Source: a bacterium (GTDB taxonomy: Bacteria > SZUA-182 > DTGQ01 > JAFGSM01). From it: a stretch of 58,734 nucleotides of DNA. The stretch is from contig JBLIRO010000027.1 of NCBI GenBank assembly GCA_049472335.1, positions 1 to 58,734 of the forward strand, written 5' to 3'. A model generated the notes under the pieces. That model had not been told where the DNA came from. It searched no databases and was given only the letters and a program-made list of their open reading frames with translations. Every line of letters starts with the position of its first letter. Position 1 is the first letter of the stretch. Position numbers and translations under genes: made by a program. Positions 1 through 11,553 of this stretch are shown one piece after another.

Positions 1-78
1 GCCGTCGGCGGAGGCACGGTCTCGGCCGGCGCCGACGAGCCAACCTACGCGGAGCGTCTCGGCTGGCCGGGCGGCACA

Positions 79-361
<283 letters not shown>

Positions 362-466
362 ACTTAAAAAAGAGGGGCGGAAGAATCAACCCCTTTCGCC
401 CCTTTATATATTTTTTAGATTGAAAAGATTAGATAGGTTCATTCAAGACAAAAATATAAAATTTTT

Positions 467-583
467 CTTTCGGTGACAATAGCGAAGAGGACACACCCGT
501 TCCCATACCGAACACGGAAGTTAAGCTCTTCAGCGCTGATGGTACTGCCTTAATCGGTGGGAGAGTAAGACGTTGCCGGGGGA
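467..583 (+). rRNA. rrf: 5S rRNA
   Basis: CACCCGTTCCCATACCGAACACGGAAGTTAAG...GATGGTACTG...GGGAGAGTA motifs. The 5' CTTTCGGTGAC pairs with the 3' GTTGCCGGGGG. Follows 23S. Confidence 0.95.
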
Positions 584-590
584 TAAAAAT

Positions 591-619
591 AAAAGCCTGC
601 TCATTAGCAGGCTTTTTTT
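591..619 (+). terminator. Rho-independent terminator of rRNA operon
   Basis: AAAAGCCTGC-tcatta-GCAGGCTTTT followed by a T run. Confidence 0.85.
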
Positions 620-742
620 ATTTTTTTAAAAAATTAAGTTTGACAACATGTCAATATTCATTTATTCTATAAATTTCTATTAATAATCTCTTAAACGTTT
701 AAAACACAGATAAGCGATATAATAAGATCAAAGACTAAAAAA

Positions 743-1654
743 GTGGAACATTTTAAGGCCATAGAACAGTTTATACATCATTTGGAGATCGAAAAGGGAG
801 CCTCCTGGTATACCGTAAAAAGCTATAAAGAAGATCTCCTGCAATGGACAGAATATGTGTCTCAAAATCTTGAAAAAGATCGAGCAGAATCAGAGGCGGG
901 TTTTAGCTTACTATCTGTTGCGACACAGGATATAATTAATTATATTTCATCTCTTTTCAGGAAAAAGCTTTCTAAAGCGAGTATAGCAAGAAAGATTTCA
1001 ACACTTCGGTCTTTTTTTAAGTATCTGAATAAAAAAGGCATTTTGGAAGTAAATCCATTACAGGATATTTCAGCGCCCAAATTCGTTCGTAAGAATCCTG
1101 ATTTTATGACTATTGATGAGGTTTTCAGCCTTATGGATGCACCACGTGATAATGATTCCACCGGTCCCAGGGACAAAGCTATTCTGGAGCTATTATATGC
1201 TACCGGTATAAGGGTCGGTGAACTGGTATCACTAAATCAAGGTATGGTTGATTTCAAGGAAGGGATCATAAGGGTTAAGGGAAAAGGGAAAAAAGAGAGG
1301 ATTGTTCCTTTCGGATCAAAAGCAAAAAAGGCGTTAGAGGTATATTTGAGTTCCGGAACTTGTGAAAGGGCATGGAATAAACCTTTATTCCATAACAATA
1401 GAGGTGAGAGGCTTTCACAAAGGTCTGTCCATCGTTTGGTCAAAAAGTATTGCAGAAAGATATCTATAAAGAAACAATTAAGCCCTCATGCTATCAGGCA
1501 TACATTTGCCACGCATCTTCTGGAATCAGGTGCTGATTTACGCATTATCCAGGAACTTCTGGGGCATTCTTCCCTGTCTACTACGCAGAAATATACACAT
1601 ATCAATCTGGATAGATTGATGTCAGAATATGACAAGGCTCATCCTAGGGCTTAG
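743..1654 (+). CDS. xerC: Tyrosine recombinase XerC
   Basis: LYATGIRVGEL, SPHAIRHTFATHLLESGADLRIIQELLGHSSLSTTQKYTH; conserved position upstream of hslVU. Confidence 0.9.
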   Translation: MEHFKAIEQFIHHLEIEKGASWYTVKSYKEDLLQWTEYVSQNLEKDRAESEAGFSLLSVATQDIINYISSLFRKKLSKASIARKISTLRSFFKYLNKKGILEVNPLQDISAPKFVRKNPDFMTIDEVFSLMDAPRDNDSTGPRDKAILELLYATGIRVGELVSLNQGMVDFKEGIIRVKGKGKKERIVPFGSKAKKALEVYLSSGTCERAWNKPLFHNNRGERLSQRSVHRLVKKYCRKISIKKQLSPHAIRHTFATHLLESGADLRIIQELLGHSSLSTTQKYTHINLDRLMSEYDKAHPRA

Positions 1655-1666
1655 AAGGGGGATGGG

Positions 1667-2194
1667 ATGATACAATCCACGACTATTCTTGTTGTAAGGA
1701 AGGAAGGCCAAGCCGTTGTCGGTGGAGATGGACAAGTCAGTTTAGGGAATACTATCTTAAAACATAATGCAAAGAAGGTCAGGCGGATGTATAAAGATCA
1801 GGTGGTAGCCGGTTTTGCAGGTTCTGTGGCAGATGCATTTGCCCTTTTTTCGCGTTTTGAGACAAAGCTGGATGAATATTCCGGACAACTTTCGAGGGCG
1901 GCTGTTGAAATGGCAAAAGACTGGCGAACAGACAGGGTTTTGAGAAAATTAGAAGCCCTTTTGGCAGTGGCGGATAAAGAACATTCTTTTATTATTTCCG
2001 GTAATGGCGATGTGATCGAGCCTGAGGATGGTATTATAGGAATTGGCTCGGGAGGCCCATATGCCGTAGCCGCGGCAAAGGCCCTGGTGGCGCATACGAA
2101 TATGGGCGCCAGAGAGATTGTTGAGACTTCACTTAAGATCGCATCTTCAATTTGTGTGTATACCAATGAAAATATTATAATCGAGGAGGTTTGA
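1667..2194 (+). CDS. hslV: ATP-dependent protease peptidase subunit HslV
   Basis: N-terminal [31 protein letters not shown] motifs. Confidence 0.97.
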   Translation: MIQSTTILVVRKEGQAVVGGDGQVSLGNTILKHNAKKVRRMYKDQVVAGFAGSVADAFALFSRFETKLDEYSGQLSRAAVEMAKDWRTDRVLRKLEALLAVADKEHSFIISGNGDVIEPEDGIIGIGSGGPYAVAAAKALVAHTNMGAREIVETSLKIASSICVYTNENIIIEEV

Positions 2195-2195
2195 T

Positions 2196-3590
2196 TTGGA
2201 TAACTCCCTGAATCAGCTTACCCCAAAACAAATTGTATCTGAATTGGATCGATACATTATCGGCCAGAATGCAGCCAAGAGGTCCGTTGCCATTGCTCTG
2301 AGAAACAGATGGCGCAGACAGCAGCTTAGCCCGGATCTAAGAGACGAGGTCATGCCCAAAAATATTATTATGATTGGGCCGACCGGGGTTGGAAAAACGG
2401 AGATTGCCCGAAGGCTGTCCAAGCTTGCCAACGCTCCATTTTTAAAAATTGAGGCGTCTAAATTCACGGAAGTGGGATATGTCGGCCGGGATGTAGAATC
2501 AATGATCAGAGATCTCACTCATCTTTCAGTTAATATGGTGAAGGAGGAACAGTCCAAAAAGGTCAAAGGAAAAGCTGAGGTTCAGGCAGAGGAAAAACTG
2601 CTTGATTTGCTTCTTCCCTCTTCAGGGGTAAAGAAGCCCCAAGTAGAAGCCGCTTCGGCTGATCAGGGACAGTTTTTTTCGGAAGTAAATGAAGAAAAAG
2701 AGGAGGAATCCTTACATACCAGGGAAAAATTGAGGAGTATGCTCAGACAGGGCCATTTGGATGACAGGGTAGTGGAAGTGGAAGTGACTGAAAGAAACAT
2801 TCCCATGATTGAAATTTTCTCTGGTACGGGGCTGGAAGAAATGGATATAAATTTTAAGGATATGCTTTCCGGAATTTTTCCAAGCAAAAACAAGAAAAGA
2901 AAAATGAAGGTATCGGAAGCAAGAAATTTTCTGATACAACAAGAGGCCCAGAGATTGATTGATATGGATACGGTCGTATCTGAAGCCATAAAAAGGGCTG
3001 AACAATCCGGTATCATTTTTCTGGATGAATTGGATAAGATCGCCGGCCGGGAAAGAGCGGCAGGTCCTGATGTCTCCAGGGAAGGTGTTCAGAGGGATCT
3101 CCTCCCCATTATTGAAGGTTCGACTGTGTCCACGAAATATGGTCTGGTAAGAACGGACCATATCCTTTTTATAGCTGCCGGGGCTTTTCATGTTTCCAAA
3201 CCTTCGGATCTCATTCCTGAATTGCAGGGGCGGTTTCCCATAAGGGTAGAATTGTCCTCATTAGGGAAAGAAGAATTCGTGCAAATACTTACAGAACCGC
3301 GTAATGCCCTTATAAAGCAATATTCTGCCCTATTGCTCACAGAAGGAGTCGATATCCAGTTCACTCCGGATTCCATCTCAGAGATAGCAAGCATCGCAGC
3401 GTACGTGAATGAGCGGACCGAAAACATTGGAGCAAGGAGACTCCACACAGTGATGGATAAACTTTTGGATGAGATTTCTTTTGATGCCCCGGACCTGTCC
3501 GGTCAAACCATAATCATAGATGCCCAGTCTGTCCAGGAGAAGCTGAAAGACATAATCAAGGATGAAGATCTGAGTCGTTATATTTTGTAA
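2196..3590 (+). CDS. hslU: ATP-dependent protease ATPase subunit HslU
   Basis: [33 protein letters not shown]-terminal DLSRYIL. Confidence 0.97.
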   Translation: MDNSLNQLTPKQIVSELDRYIIGQNAAKRSVAIALRNRWRRQQLSPDLRDEVMPKNIIMIGPTGVGKTEIARRLSKLANAPFLKIEASKFTEVGYVGRDVESMIRDLTHLSVNMVKEEQSKKVKGKAEVQAEEKLLDLLLPSSGVKKPQVEAASADQGQFFSEVNEEKEEESLHTREKLRSMLRQGHLDDRVVEVEVTERNIPMIEIFSGTGLEEMDINFKDMLSGIFPSKNKKRKMKVSEARNFLIQQEAQRLIDMDTVVSEAIKRAEQSGIIFLDELDKIAGRERAAGPDVSREGVQRDLLPIIEGSTVSTKYGLVRTDHILFIAAGAFHVSKPSDLIPELQGRFPIRVELSSLGKEEFVQILTEPRNALIKQYSALLLTEGVDIQFTPDSISEIASIAAYVNERTENIGARRLHTVMDKLLDEISFDAPDLSGQTIIIDAQSVQEKLKDIIKDEDLSRYIL

Positions 3591-3686
3591 AAAATCGAAA
3601 AATCTTTAATTTAATGCTTGAAAACCACAAAGTTTTTGAGCAGGTAAAAAATCTTCATAATATTTTAGTGGTTTGAAAGAGAATAA

Positions 3687-4574
3687 ATGGATCATTCAAG
3701 TCTCCATAAAAGGGCCCAGTCCTTAATCGAAGCCCTTCCGTATATCAAAGAGTTTTTTAGAAAGACCATAGTAATAAAGTTTGGTGGAAGCGCAATGATT
3801 CAGGATAGCCTGAAGAAAGATTTTGCTCTGGACGTGGTCCTTTTAAAATATGTGGGTATGAATCCGGTCATTGTCCATGGCGGTGGCCCTGAAATTACCT
3901 CTTGGTTGGAAAAGTTGGGTAAAAAGAGCAGATTCGTGAATGGCCTGAGGATTACAGATCCAGAATCCATGGACGTCATTGAGATGGTCCTTGTAGGCAG
4001 AATCAATAAGGAGATCGTTAATTTGATAAATCAACAGGGTGGTTGTGCTGTCGGCCTTTCCGGCAAAGATGGGGAATTGATTCGCGCAAGGAAGATGGGG
4101 CTTCAGGGTGCGGAGAATAAAGAAAATATAATAGATATGGGAATGGTGGGTGAAGTGGAAGCCATCAATCCAAGGATTATAGAAGTACTGGACGAAGGAC
4201 GTTTTATCCCTGTAATCTCTCCTGTTGGGGTGGATTCAAAAGGTGAGACGTTCAATATTAACGCGGACCTGGTTGCCGGGCAGATCGCGTCTTCTCTGAA
4301 AGCTGAAAAGCTGGTTATACTCACGGATGTTTCAGGTGTGCTCGATGAAACAAAAAGACTTGTTCCTGCCCTCTCATATGATAAGGTTTCAGAGCTTATT
4401 GCCGGGGAAGTCATTCAGGGCGGCATGAAACCTAAACTTGCCTGCTGCATGGAGAGTTTGGAAAATGGAGTAAAAAAGGCCCATATTATAGATGGCCGGA
4501 TAAGCCATGCTTTATTATTGGAGATCTTCACGGACACAGGTGTAGGGACTGTAATCTTCAAAAATGAAAAATAA
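3687..4574 (+). CDS. argB: Acetylglutamate kinase
   Basis: VIKFGGSAM, VHGGGPEI, NINADLVAG, GGMKPK. Confidence 0.96.
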   Translation: MDHSSLHKRAQSLIEALPYIKEFFRKTIVIKFGGSAMIQDSLKKDFALDVVLLKYVGMNPVIVHGGGPEITSWLEKLGKKSRFVNGLRITDPESMDVIEMVLVGRINKEIVNLINQQGGCAVGLSGKDGELIRARKMGLQGAENKENIIDMGMVGEVEAINPRIIEVLDEGRFIPVISPVGVDSKGETFNINADLVAGQIASSLKAEKLVILTDVSGVLDETKRLVPALSYDKVSELIAGEVIQGGMKPKLACCMESLENGVKKAHIIDGRISHALLLEIFTDTGVGTVIFKNEK

Positions 4575-5754
4575 GGATATTCTTCACTTAACAACCGAAT
4601 ATGTCGCTCCCACTTATAACCGCTTTGACATACCGATGGTTCGGGGCAAAGGTTGTCTTTTGTGGGATGCGGAAGGGAATGAATATCTGGATTTTGTAAG
4701 TGGTCTGGGGGTAAATAATACCGGACATTCTCACCCTTATATTGTCGATGCCATCAAAAGACAGGCCGGGGAGCTCATCCATGTGTCCAATCTCTTCCAT
4801 ATACCCCAGCAAGCCCAATTGGCTAAAGAGTTAGTATCAAGAACCTTTCCTGGCAAGGTGTTTTTTGCAAATAGCGGGGCAGAGGCAAACGAGGCGGCGA
4901 TAAAATTGGTTCGAAAATATGGTCAGTGTTCAAAACCGGGCTGCATAGAGATAATAACGGCCTATGATTCATTCCATGGAAGGACGTTTGCCACTCTGAC
5001 AGCAACCGCTCAGGCCAAATATCAAAAGGGTTTCCATCCCCTTTTGCCCGGTTTTATTTATGTGCCTTATAATGATATTTCTGCAATGGAGGCTGCCGTT
5101 ACCGATAATACAACCGCCATAATGGTTGAGCCGATTCAGGGTGAGGGTGGAGTAAACGTGCCTTCTCCTGATTACCTTAAGGGGTTGAGGGATTTATGTG
5201 ACAGGAAAGGAATCCTTTTGATTCTGGATGAGGTCCAAACGGGGATAGGAAGGACAGGAAAACTCTTTAATTTTCAATTCTACGATATGGAGCCGGATAT
5301 CATAACCATGGCCAAATCACTCGGAGGAGGTATCCCTATCGGAGCCATGCTGGCAAAAAACGAGGTCATAGAAACCTTTCTCCCGGGAAGTCACGCATCC
5401 ACATTCGGCGGAAATTATCTGGCCTGTTCGGCAGGTCTGGCTGTCCTTGAGGTTATTGATAAGGAAGGAATCCTTGAGAACTGTCAGCGCATGAGTAGTA
5501 TCCTGTTCAAAGATCTCCGGGATATCGCCGGGGATTGCGGATTTATAAAAGAGGTGCGCGGTAAGGGACTCATGATAGGGATAGAGCTAAATCGTGAGGG
5601 GAAGGATATTGTTAAAAGATGTCTGGAAAAGGGACTTATAATAAATTGTACCATGGATAAGGTCCTGAGGCTTCTTCCTCCCCTTATCATAACCCAAAAG
5701 GAAGTGGATCGCGCATTGGATATATTTTCCGAAACCATAAAGGATTTCAGTTGA
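4564..5754 (+). CDS. argD: Acetylornithine aminotransferase
   Basis: Class III PLP aminotransferase (NSGAEANEAAIK, SFHGRT, DEVQTGIGRTG, AKSLGGG); arg operon context. Confidence 0.93.
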   Translation: MKNKDILHLTTEYVAPTYNRFDIPMVRGKGCLLWDAEGNEYLDFVSGLGVNNTGHSHPYIVDAIKRQAGELIHVSNLFHIPQQAQLAKELVSRTFPGKVFFANSGAEANEAAIKLVRKYGQCSKPGCIEIITAYDSFHGRTFATLTATAQAKYQKGFHPLLPGFIYVPYNDISAMEAAVTDNTTAIMVEPIQGEGGVNVPSPDYLKGLRDLCDRKGILLILDEVQTGIGRTGKLFNFQFYDMEPDIITMAKSLGGGIPIGAMLAKNEVIETFLPGSHASTFGGNYLACSAGLAVLEVIDKEGILENCQRMSSILFKDLRDIAGDCGFIKEVRGKGLMIGIELNREGKDIVKRCLEKGLIINCTMDKVLRLLPPLIITQKEVDRALDIFSETIKDFS

Positions 5755-6710
5755 TGAAGAAGGACCTTTTGACCATTCTTGATCTGACAAAACAGGATAT
5801 CCTTGCTATCCTCCAAAGGGCAAAAGAGTTAAAGAAAGACCTTAAGGCAGGCAGACCCCATCAGACCCTTCAAAGAAAGACAATGGCCATGATGTTCAAA
5901 AAACCATCCACCAGAACCAGGGTTTCTTTTCAGACAGGACTTTTTCAAATGGGGGGGCTGGCCCTGGATCTGAATATGGATGACCTGCAGATAGGCAGGG
6001 GAGAGCCTGTCCGGGACACGGCCCGTGTGCTCTCCCGGTATGTGGATATCATTCTTGTCAGAACATTTAATCAGAAAGATGTGGAGGACCTTGCGAGATA
6101 TGCTGAAATTCCTGTGATCAACGGCTTGACGGACCTTTTTCACCCATGTCAGGTCCTGAGTGACCTTTTCACCATACAGGAGCATATGAAGAGCCTGGAA
6201 GCAGCCATTATAGCTTATGTGGGGGATGGTAATAATGTTGCCCACTCCTTGTTGATCGCCGCAGGGGTGATTGGTTTGGACCTGCGCATGGCGTGTCCGC
6301 ATGGGTTCTGTCCGGATCAGGCAATAGTTGAATGTGTTCAGGGGCTGGCGAGAGAATCGGGGAGTAAGATACGGATATCCGAAGATCCGAAAGAAGTGGT
6401 TTCGGGAGCAAATGTTGTATATACGGATGTTTGGGTTAGCATGGGGCAGGAAAGAGAGGCGGAGGAAAAAAGAAAGCTTTTTAATGGATTCCAGATCAAC
6501 AAGGATCTTTTAAAGGTGGCCCGGCCTGATGCATTGATAATGCATTGCCTGCCTGCCCACAGGGGGGAAGAAATAACAGAAGAGGTGCTGGAAGGGGAGA
6601 ATTCAGTGGTTTTTGATCAGGCAGAAAATCGCCTCCATGTTCAAAAGGCCATTGTTGAAATCCTGATAAAAAAAAATGAAAGGGATAGAGGGTGTCAAAG
6701 GAAAAATTAA
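5751..6710 (+). CDS. argF: Ornithine carbamoyltransferase
   Basis: STRTRVSF, HPCQ, YTDVWVSMG, HCLPAHRGEE. Confidence 0.96.
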   Translation: MMKKDLLTILDLTKQDILAILQRAKELKKDLKAGRPHQTLQRKTMAMMFKKPSTRTRVSFQTGLFQMGGLALDLNMDDLQIGRGEPVRDTARVLSRYVDIILVRTFNQKDVEDLARYAEIPVINGLTDLFHPCQVLSDLFTIQEHMKSLEAAIIAYVGDGNNVAHSLLIAAGVIGLDLRMACPHGFCPDQAIVECVQGLARESGSKIRISEDPKEVVSGANVVYTDVWVSMGQEREAEEKRKLFNGFQINKDLLKVARPDALIMHCLPAHRGEEITEEVLEGENSVVFDQAENRLHVQKAIVEILIKKNERDRGCQRKN

Positions 6711-7951
6711 ATATAAATAAGGTGGTTCTTGCTTATTCAGGCGGTCTGGATACATCGGTCATCATAAAATGGCTCGAAGAAAGATATGGATGCCACACAA
6801 TCGCCGTTTTAGTGGATCTGGGACAGGGCGAGGACATGACGCTTCTTAAAGATAAGGCCTATAATGCAGGTGCGGCAAAAGTGATCATTAAAGACGTAAG
6901 GGAGGAGTTTCTGAGAGATTTTTGCTTTCCGGCGCTTGCTGCCCATGCAATTTATGAAGGAAAGTATTTGCTTGCAACGGCCCTGGGACGTCCCCTTATT
7001 GCCAAGGAGCTGGTAAACATCGCATCCTCTGAGTGCGCAGACGCAATAGCTCATGGCGCCACAGGGAAAGGGAATGATCAGGTGAGGTTCGATTGCTCTA
7101 TTATGGCCCTGGCCCCTGATTTAAAGATCATCGCACCTTTAAGAAGTATGGAGTGGGAATTCGGCTCCAGGGAGGAGGAGATAGAATATGCAAAAAAGCA
7201 TAATATACCCGTCCCTGTGACGAAGGAAAGGCCCTATAGCCTGGACAAGAACCTCTGGGGAATTAGCATAGAATGTGGCGCACTGGAGGACCCCTGGGTA
7301 GAGCCCCCTGAAGATACATTCTTTATGGTAAGTAGAATAGAAGAAACGCCGGATGATCCCGAGTATGTGATAATAGGATTTGAAAAGGGCATTCCGACCT
7401 GTCTGGACGGGAAAGCTATGCAGCCCGTAAGGCTTATTGAGCAGTTAAACGAGATCGGCGGCAGGCATGGGATCGGAAGGTCCGATCTTGTTGAAAACAG
7501 ACTGGTGGGCATAAAATCCAGGGAGATCTATGAAGCGCCCGGAGCAACAATCCTTTGGCACGCGCACAGGGAGTTGGAAGCACTTGTCCTGGACAGAGAG
7601 ACATTTCATTACAAAGAATCAATCGCCCTGAAGTATTCGGAGATTGTATATTATGGTTTGTGGTTTTCTCCTCTGAGAGAGGCCCTGGCAGCATTTATCG
7701 AAAAGCTTCAGGGCCTGGTCAATGGAGAGGTGCGGTTAAGGCTTTACAAAGGCCAGTGTATCCCGGCAGGCAGAACATCTCCTGATTCCCTTTACGACCT
7801 TAGCCTTGCCACCTATGGGGTGGAGGATGCCTTTGACCACAGGGCGGGTGAATATTTCTGCCAGATCTGGGGGTTGCCTCTCAAGGTTGGGGGACGGGTC
7901 CGGAATAAAAAAATGAAAAATGAAAATCTCAAAATGCAAAATGAAAAATGA
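6692..7951 (+). CDS. argG: Argininosuccinate synthase
   Basis: LAYSGGLDTS, HGATGKGNDQVRF, ENRLVGIKSREIYE. Confidence 0.97.
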   Translation: MSKEKLNINKVVLAYSGGLDTSVIIKWLEERYGCHTIAVLVDLGQGEDMTLLKDKAYNAGAAKVIIKDVREEFLRDFCFPALAAHAIYEGKYLLATALGRPLIAKELVNIASSECADAIAHGATGKGNDQVRFDCSIMALAPDLKIIAPLRSMEWEFGSREEEIEYAKKHNIPVPVTKERPYSLDKNLWGISIECGALEDPWVEPPEDTFFMVSRIEETPDDPEYVIIGFEKGIPTCLDGKAMQPVRLIEQLNEIGGRHGIGRSDLVENRLVGIKSREIYEAPGATILWHAHRELEALVLDRETFHYKESIALKYSEIVYYGLWFSPLREALAAFIEKLQGLVNGEVRLRLYKGQCIPAGRTSPDSLYDLSLATYGVEDAFDHRAGEYFCQIWGLPLKVGGRVRNKKMKNENLKMQNEK

Positions 7952-8014
7952 AAAATTAAGGATCGGATTCTCCTTTATAAGTCTTTTGAGATTAATTTTT
8001 AAAATGGGGAAGTA

Positions 8015-9409
8015 ATGAAAGAAAAGACCGAGAAGCCCTGGTCAGGGAGATTCGAGCAGGGTACCCATCCGGATGTAGAAAGGTTTACCTCATCCCTGGA
8101 TTTTGATAAACGACTATATCCATTTGATATTCAGGGTAGCATTGCCCATGCAAGGATGCTTGGCTTCGTGGGTTTAATCACTAAACGGGAATCCGAGGAA
8201 TTGATCAGAGGCCTCAAAGAAATAAGAGAAGAGCTTGATAACGGCCAGTTCCCTTTTAATCCATCACTTGAAGACATACATATGAATATAGAGAGCAGAC
8301 TTATCCAGAAACTGGGACCTGCCGGAGGCAAGCTCCACACAGCCAGAAGCCGGAATGATCAGGTGGCTTTGGATATGAGGCTTTATATCATGAATGAGTT
8401 GAATGGAATCCTTGACCAGTTGAGGTCCCTCCAGGAAGCCATATTAAACAGGGCCCGGGATCATATACAAACCCTTATGCCCGGTTATACTCACCTCCAG
8501 CGGGCCCAGCCCGTGGTATTTGCGCATCATCTTATGGCATATTTTGAGATGTTTAAGCGGGACAGAGAGAGATTCGGGGATTGCCTCAGAAGGGTCCGGA
8601 TTATGCCTCTAGGCTCCGGAGCGCTTTCAGGCACAACCCTCCCCATTGACAGGGAATCAGTTGCCAGGGAACTGGGTTTTGATTCCATATCTGAAAACAG
8701 CCTGGATGCGGTTAGCGACAGGGATTATATCCTGGAATTCCTTTCCGCCTCCTCAATCCTGATGATGCATTTGAGCCGTTTCGCGGAGGAAATAATTCTA
8801 TGGACCACAACAGAGTTCGGATTTATTGAGCTGCCTGATTCTCTTTGCACCGGTAGCAGTCTTATGCCCCAGAAAAAGAACCCCGATCTAATAGAATTGG
8901 TGAGAGGTAAGACAGGAAGGGTATACGGCCACTTAATGAGCCTGCTGGTAACAATGAAAGGCCTTCCCCTTTCTTATAACAGGGATATGCAGGAGGACAA
9001 AGAACCCCTGTTCGATACGGTGGATACGCTTAAAGGTGCGCTTTCTATTATCAAATTGTGTGTTGAAAAAATGAGTTTAGCTGAAGATCGAATGCGGGCG
9101 GCCCTGGATACAGGGTTCCTCGAGGCCACAGATCTTGCTGAATATCTGGTAAAAAAGGGAGTGCCTTTCAGGGAGGCACACCATATCGTTGGTAGGGTTG
9201 TGCTGGAGGCATTGAATAAAGGATGCCGGAATTTATCCTCTTTTACTGTGGATGATCTGAAGGTGTATAGTGAGCATTTTGACGAGGATGTCGTCTCATA
9301 TCTTGAACCTGATGATGCCGCTGCACGAAAGGATATACCCGGAGGCACATCCCCTTTAAAGGTTAAAGAGGCCATAGGAAGGGCTGAAGAATATTTGAAA
9401 TCCCTATAA
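8015..9409 (+). CDS. argH: Argininosuccinate lyase
   Basis: HTARSRNDQV, PGYTHLQRAQP, GSSLMPQKKNPD. Confidence 0.97.
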   Translation: MKEKTEKPWSGRFEQGTHPDVERFTSSLDFDKRLYPFDIQGSIAHARMLGFVGLITKRESEELIRGLKEIREELDNGQFPFNPSLEDIHMNIESRLIQKLGPAGGKLHTARSRNDQVALDMRLYIMNELNGILDQLRSLQEAILNRARDHIQTLMPGYTHLQRAQPVVFAHHLMAYFEMFKRDRERFGDCLRRVRIMPLGSGALSGTTLPIDRESVARELGFDSISENSLDAVSDRDYILEFLSASSILMMHLSRFAEEIILWTTTEFGFIELPDSLCTGSSLMPQKKNPDLIELVRGKTGRVYGHLMSLLVTMKGLPLSYNRDMQEDKEPLFDTVDTLKGALSIIKLCVEKMSLAEDRMRAALDTGFLEATDLAEYLVKKGVPFREAHHIVGRVVLEALNKGCRNLSSFTVDDLKVYSEHFDEDVVSYLEPDDAAARKDIPGGTSPLKVKEAIGRAEEYLKSL

Positions 9410-9446
9410 TATAGGAAGTTGTTGAACAAAGGAAAAAAGAGAGAAG

Positions 9447-10688
9447 ATGAATCATTTCCAGTATATTGATGAAGAATTATTTTGTGAGGATGTCCCTGTC
9501 GTTGATATAGCCGAGGATATGGGGACCCCTGTATATATTTACAGCAGCAGGACATTGAATCACCACGCACAAGTCTACGAAAAGGCGTTTGAACAGATGG
9601 ATCACCTTTCCTGCTATGCAATAAAGGCCAATTCCAACCTTTCGGTTATAGGCATTTTCGCAAAGCAAGGTATGGGGGCCGACGTTGTCTCAGGTGGTGA
9701 AATATTTCGTGCCCTCAAGGCAGGTGTGCCGGCAGAGAAGATCGTTTTTGCGGGTGTCGGAAAAACACAGGCAGAAATAGAATATGCCCTTAATAAGGGG
9801 ATACTGATGTTCAATTGCGAATCCTCTGCCGAGCTGGCATTATTGGACCAGGTGGCTAAAGGAACAGGAAAGCTTGCGCCTGTAGCCTTAAGGGTGAATC
9901 CGGATATAGACGCTGCCACACATCCCTATATATCCACAGGGCTCGAGAAGAACAAGTTTGGTATGGGTATGGATCAGGCCTTTCGTGAATACATAAAGGC
10001 CAGAGATATGGCAGGTGTGGAAATAGTTGGGATGCATACCCATATAGGATCACAAATTACTGACCTCAGCCCGTTTCGGGACACGTTGGAGAGATTGCAT
10101 TTGCTTGTAAAAAGATTAAATGCGGAAGGTATAAGGATTCAATATCTGGATATTGGCGGGGGACTTGGTATCCGTTATAAGGAAGAGGAACCTCCAAGCC
10201 CTTCGGAATGGGCACAAACACTTCTGCCCATAGCTAACAGCCTGGATTGCAGGATTATCTCGGAGCCGGGAAGGGTTTTGGTGGGAAACGCGGGTATACT
10301 GGTCACGAGAGTGTTGTATTTCAAATCCGGTTCTGTGAAAAGGTTTGCAATTGTCGACGCGGGGATGAATGACCTGATACGGCCTTCTCTTTATCAGTCT
10401 TACCATGATATATTGCCGGTTCAAAAGCGCAAAGGAGAGATGGATATAATAGACGTTGTAGGGCCGATATGCGAATCCGGAGATTTCCTGGCAAAGGACA
10501 GGCCCATGACTGTTCCAAGGCCGAATGAGCTCCTGGCTGTCATGAGCGCCGGCGCATACGGTTTTACAATGTCCTCGAACTATAATTCAAGGCCGAGGGC
10601 AGCGGAGGTGATGGTCGAGGGATCGGAGTTCTGGGTAATAAGGGAAAGAGAAACATTTGAGGATTTAATACGCGGGGAAAGTCTGTAA
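9447..10688 (+). CDS. lysA: Diaminopimelate decarboxylase
   Basis: YAIKANSN, HIGSQI, DIGGGLG, EPGR, GPICESGD, SSNYNSRPR. Confidence 0.96.
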   Translation: MNHFQYIDEELFCEDVPVVDIAEDMGTPVYIYSSRTLNHHAQVYEKAFEQMDHLSCYAIKANSNLSVIGIFAKQGMGADVVSGGEIFRALKAGVPAEKIVFAGVGKTQAEIEYALNKGILMFNCESSAELALLDQVAKGTGKLAPVALRVNPDIDAATHPYISTGLEKNKFGMGMDQAFREYIKARDMAGVEIVGMHTHIGSQITDLSPFRDTLERLHLLVKRLNAEGIRIQYLDIGGGLGIRYKEEEPPSPSEWAQTLLPIANSLDCRIISEPGRVLVGNAGILVTRVLYFKSGSVKRFAIVDAGMNDLIRPSLYQSYHDILPVQKRKGEMDIIDVVGPICESGDFLAKDRPMTVPRPNELLAVMSAGAYGFTMSSNYNSRPRAAEVMVEGSEFWVIRERETFEDLIRGESL

Positions 10689-11521
10689 TGGATCGGATCC
10701 CGTTTTTCAAGATGAGCGCGTGCGGCAATGATTTTTGTCTTATTGACAACAGAGATGGGATTTTCCCGCAGCCTGCCAGACCTGCCATAAGATCCATCTG
10801 CAGGAGGCGTATCTCTCTGGGCGCTGATGGCGTCATCCTTGTGGAGAATTCGAATATTGCATCCTTTAAGATGCGATATTATAACGCGGATGGCGGAGAG
10901 GTGGAGATGTGCGGTAATGGCGCAAGGTGTATTGCACGCTTTGCCTATTTAAACGGGATTTCGCCTCAAAAAATGAGTTTCGAAACACGGGCGGGCCTTA
11001 TTGAGGCAGTGGTTTCAGAGAAGGGAGCAAAGATAAAGATTAGCGACGTAAAATTTTCTCCGCAAGAGGGCAGGATTTCATTACCGGATGTTATTTCCGA
11101 TCATGATGTCTACTTCCTTGTAGTTGGGGTGCCTCATGTGATATGTTTTGTGAATGACCCGGAATCTATTGATGTTATGAATTTAGGGAGAAAAATACGA
11201 TATCATACCCTTTTTGAACCCAAAGGCACGAACGCGAATTTTATAAAGATTGTGGGGCCGGGCTCTCTCATGATAAGGACTTATGAACGGGGTGTAGAGG
11301 AAGAGACGCTGGCATGCGGAACAGGCGCCACCGCTTCCGCCATTGCAGCCACCGCCCTTGAGCTTGTTTCGCCACCTGTTGAAGTTATGACAAGGAGCCG
11401 ATGTCCTCTGAAAATAGATTTTAAGAGGAAGAAAGAGACCTTCAGCCCGGTATGGCTGGAGGGAGAGGCCCGTGTGGTATGCAGCGGGGAACTCTGGTTG
11501 GATGAAAATGCTTTGGAATGA
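10688..11521 (+). CDS. dapF: Diaminopimelate epimerase
   Basis: NADGGEVEMCGNGARC, ERGVEEETLACGTG. Confidence 0.96.
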   Translation: MDRIPFFKMSACGNDFCLIDNRDGIFPQPARPAIRSICRRRISLGADGVILVENSNIASFKMRYYNADGGEVEMCGNGARCIARFAYLNGISPQKMSFETRAGLIEAVVSEKGAKIKISDVKFSPQEGRISLPDVISDHDVYFLVVGVPHVICFVNDPESIDVMNLGRKIRYHTLFEPKGTNANFIKIVGPGSLMIRTYERGVEEETLACGTGATASAIAATALELVSPPVEVMTRSRCPLKIDFKRKKETFSPVWLEGEARVVCSGELWLDENALE

Positions 11522-11553
11522 ATTTAAATTAAGTAACAGGAAGGGGAAAAACT

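Noticed and set aside
362..466. tRNA in the 23S-5S spacer, or selC near selAB
   Set aside because: Only a simple hairpin is present; I found no cloverleaf or T-loop signature at either place.
743..1654. Tyrosine recombinase as island integrase
   Set aside because: Housekeeping XerC in its usual position before hslVU, far from the island.
7909..7960. AAAATG-type short repeats at the argG 3' end
   Set aside because: Low-complexity sequence; no further structure I can support.
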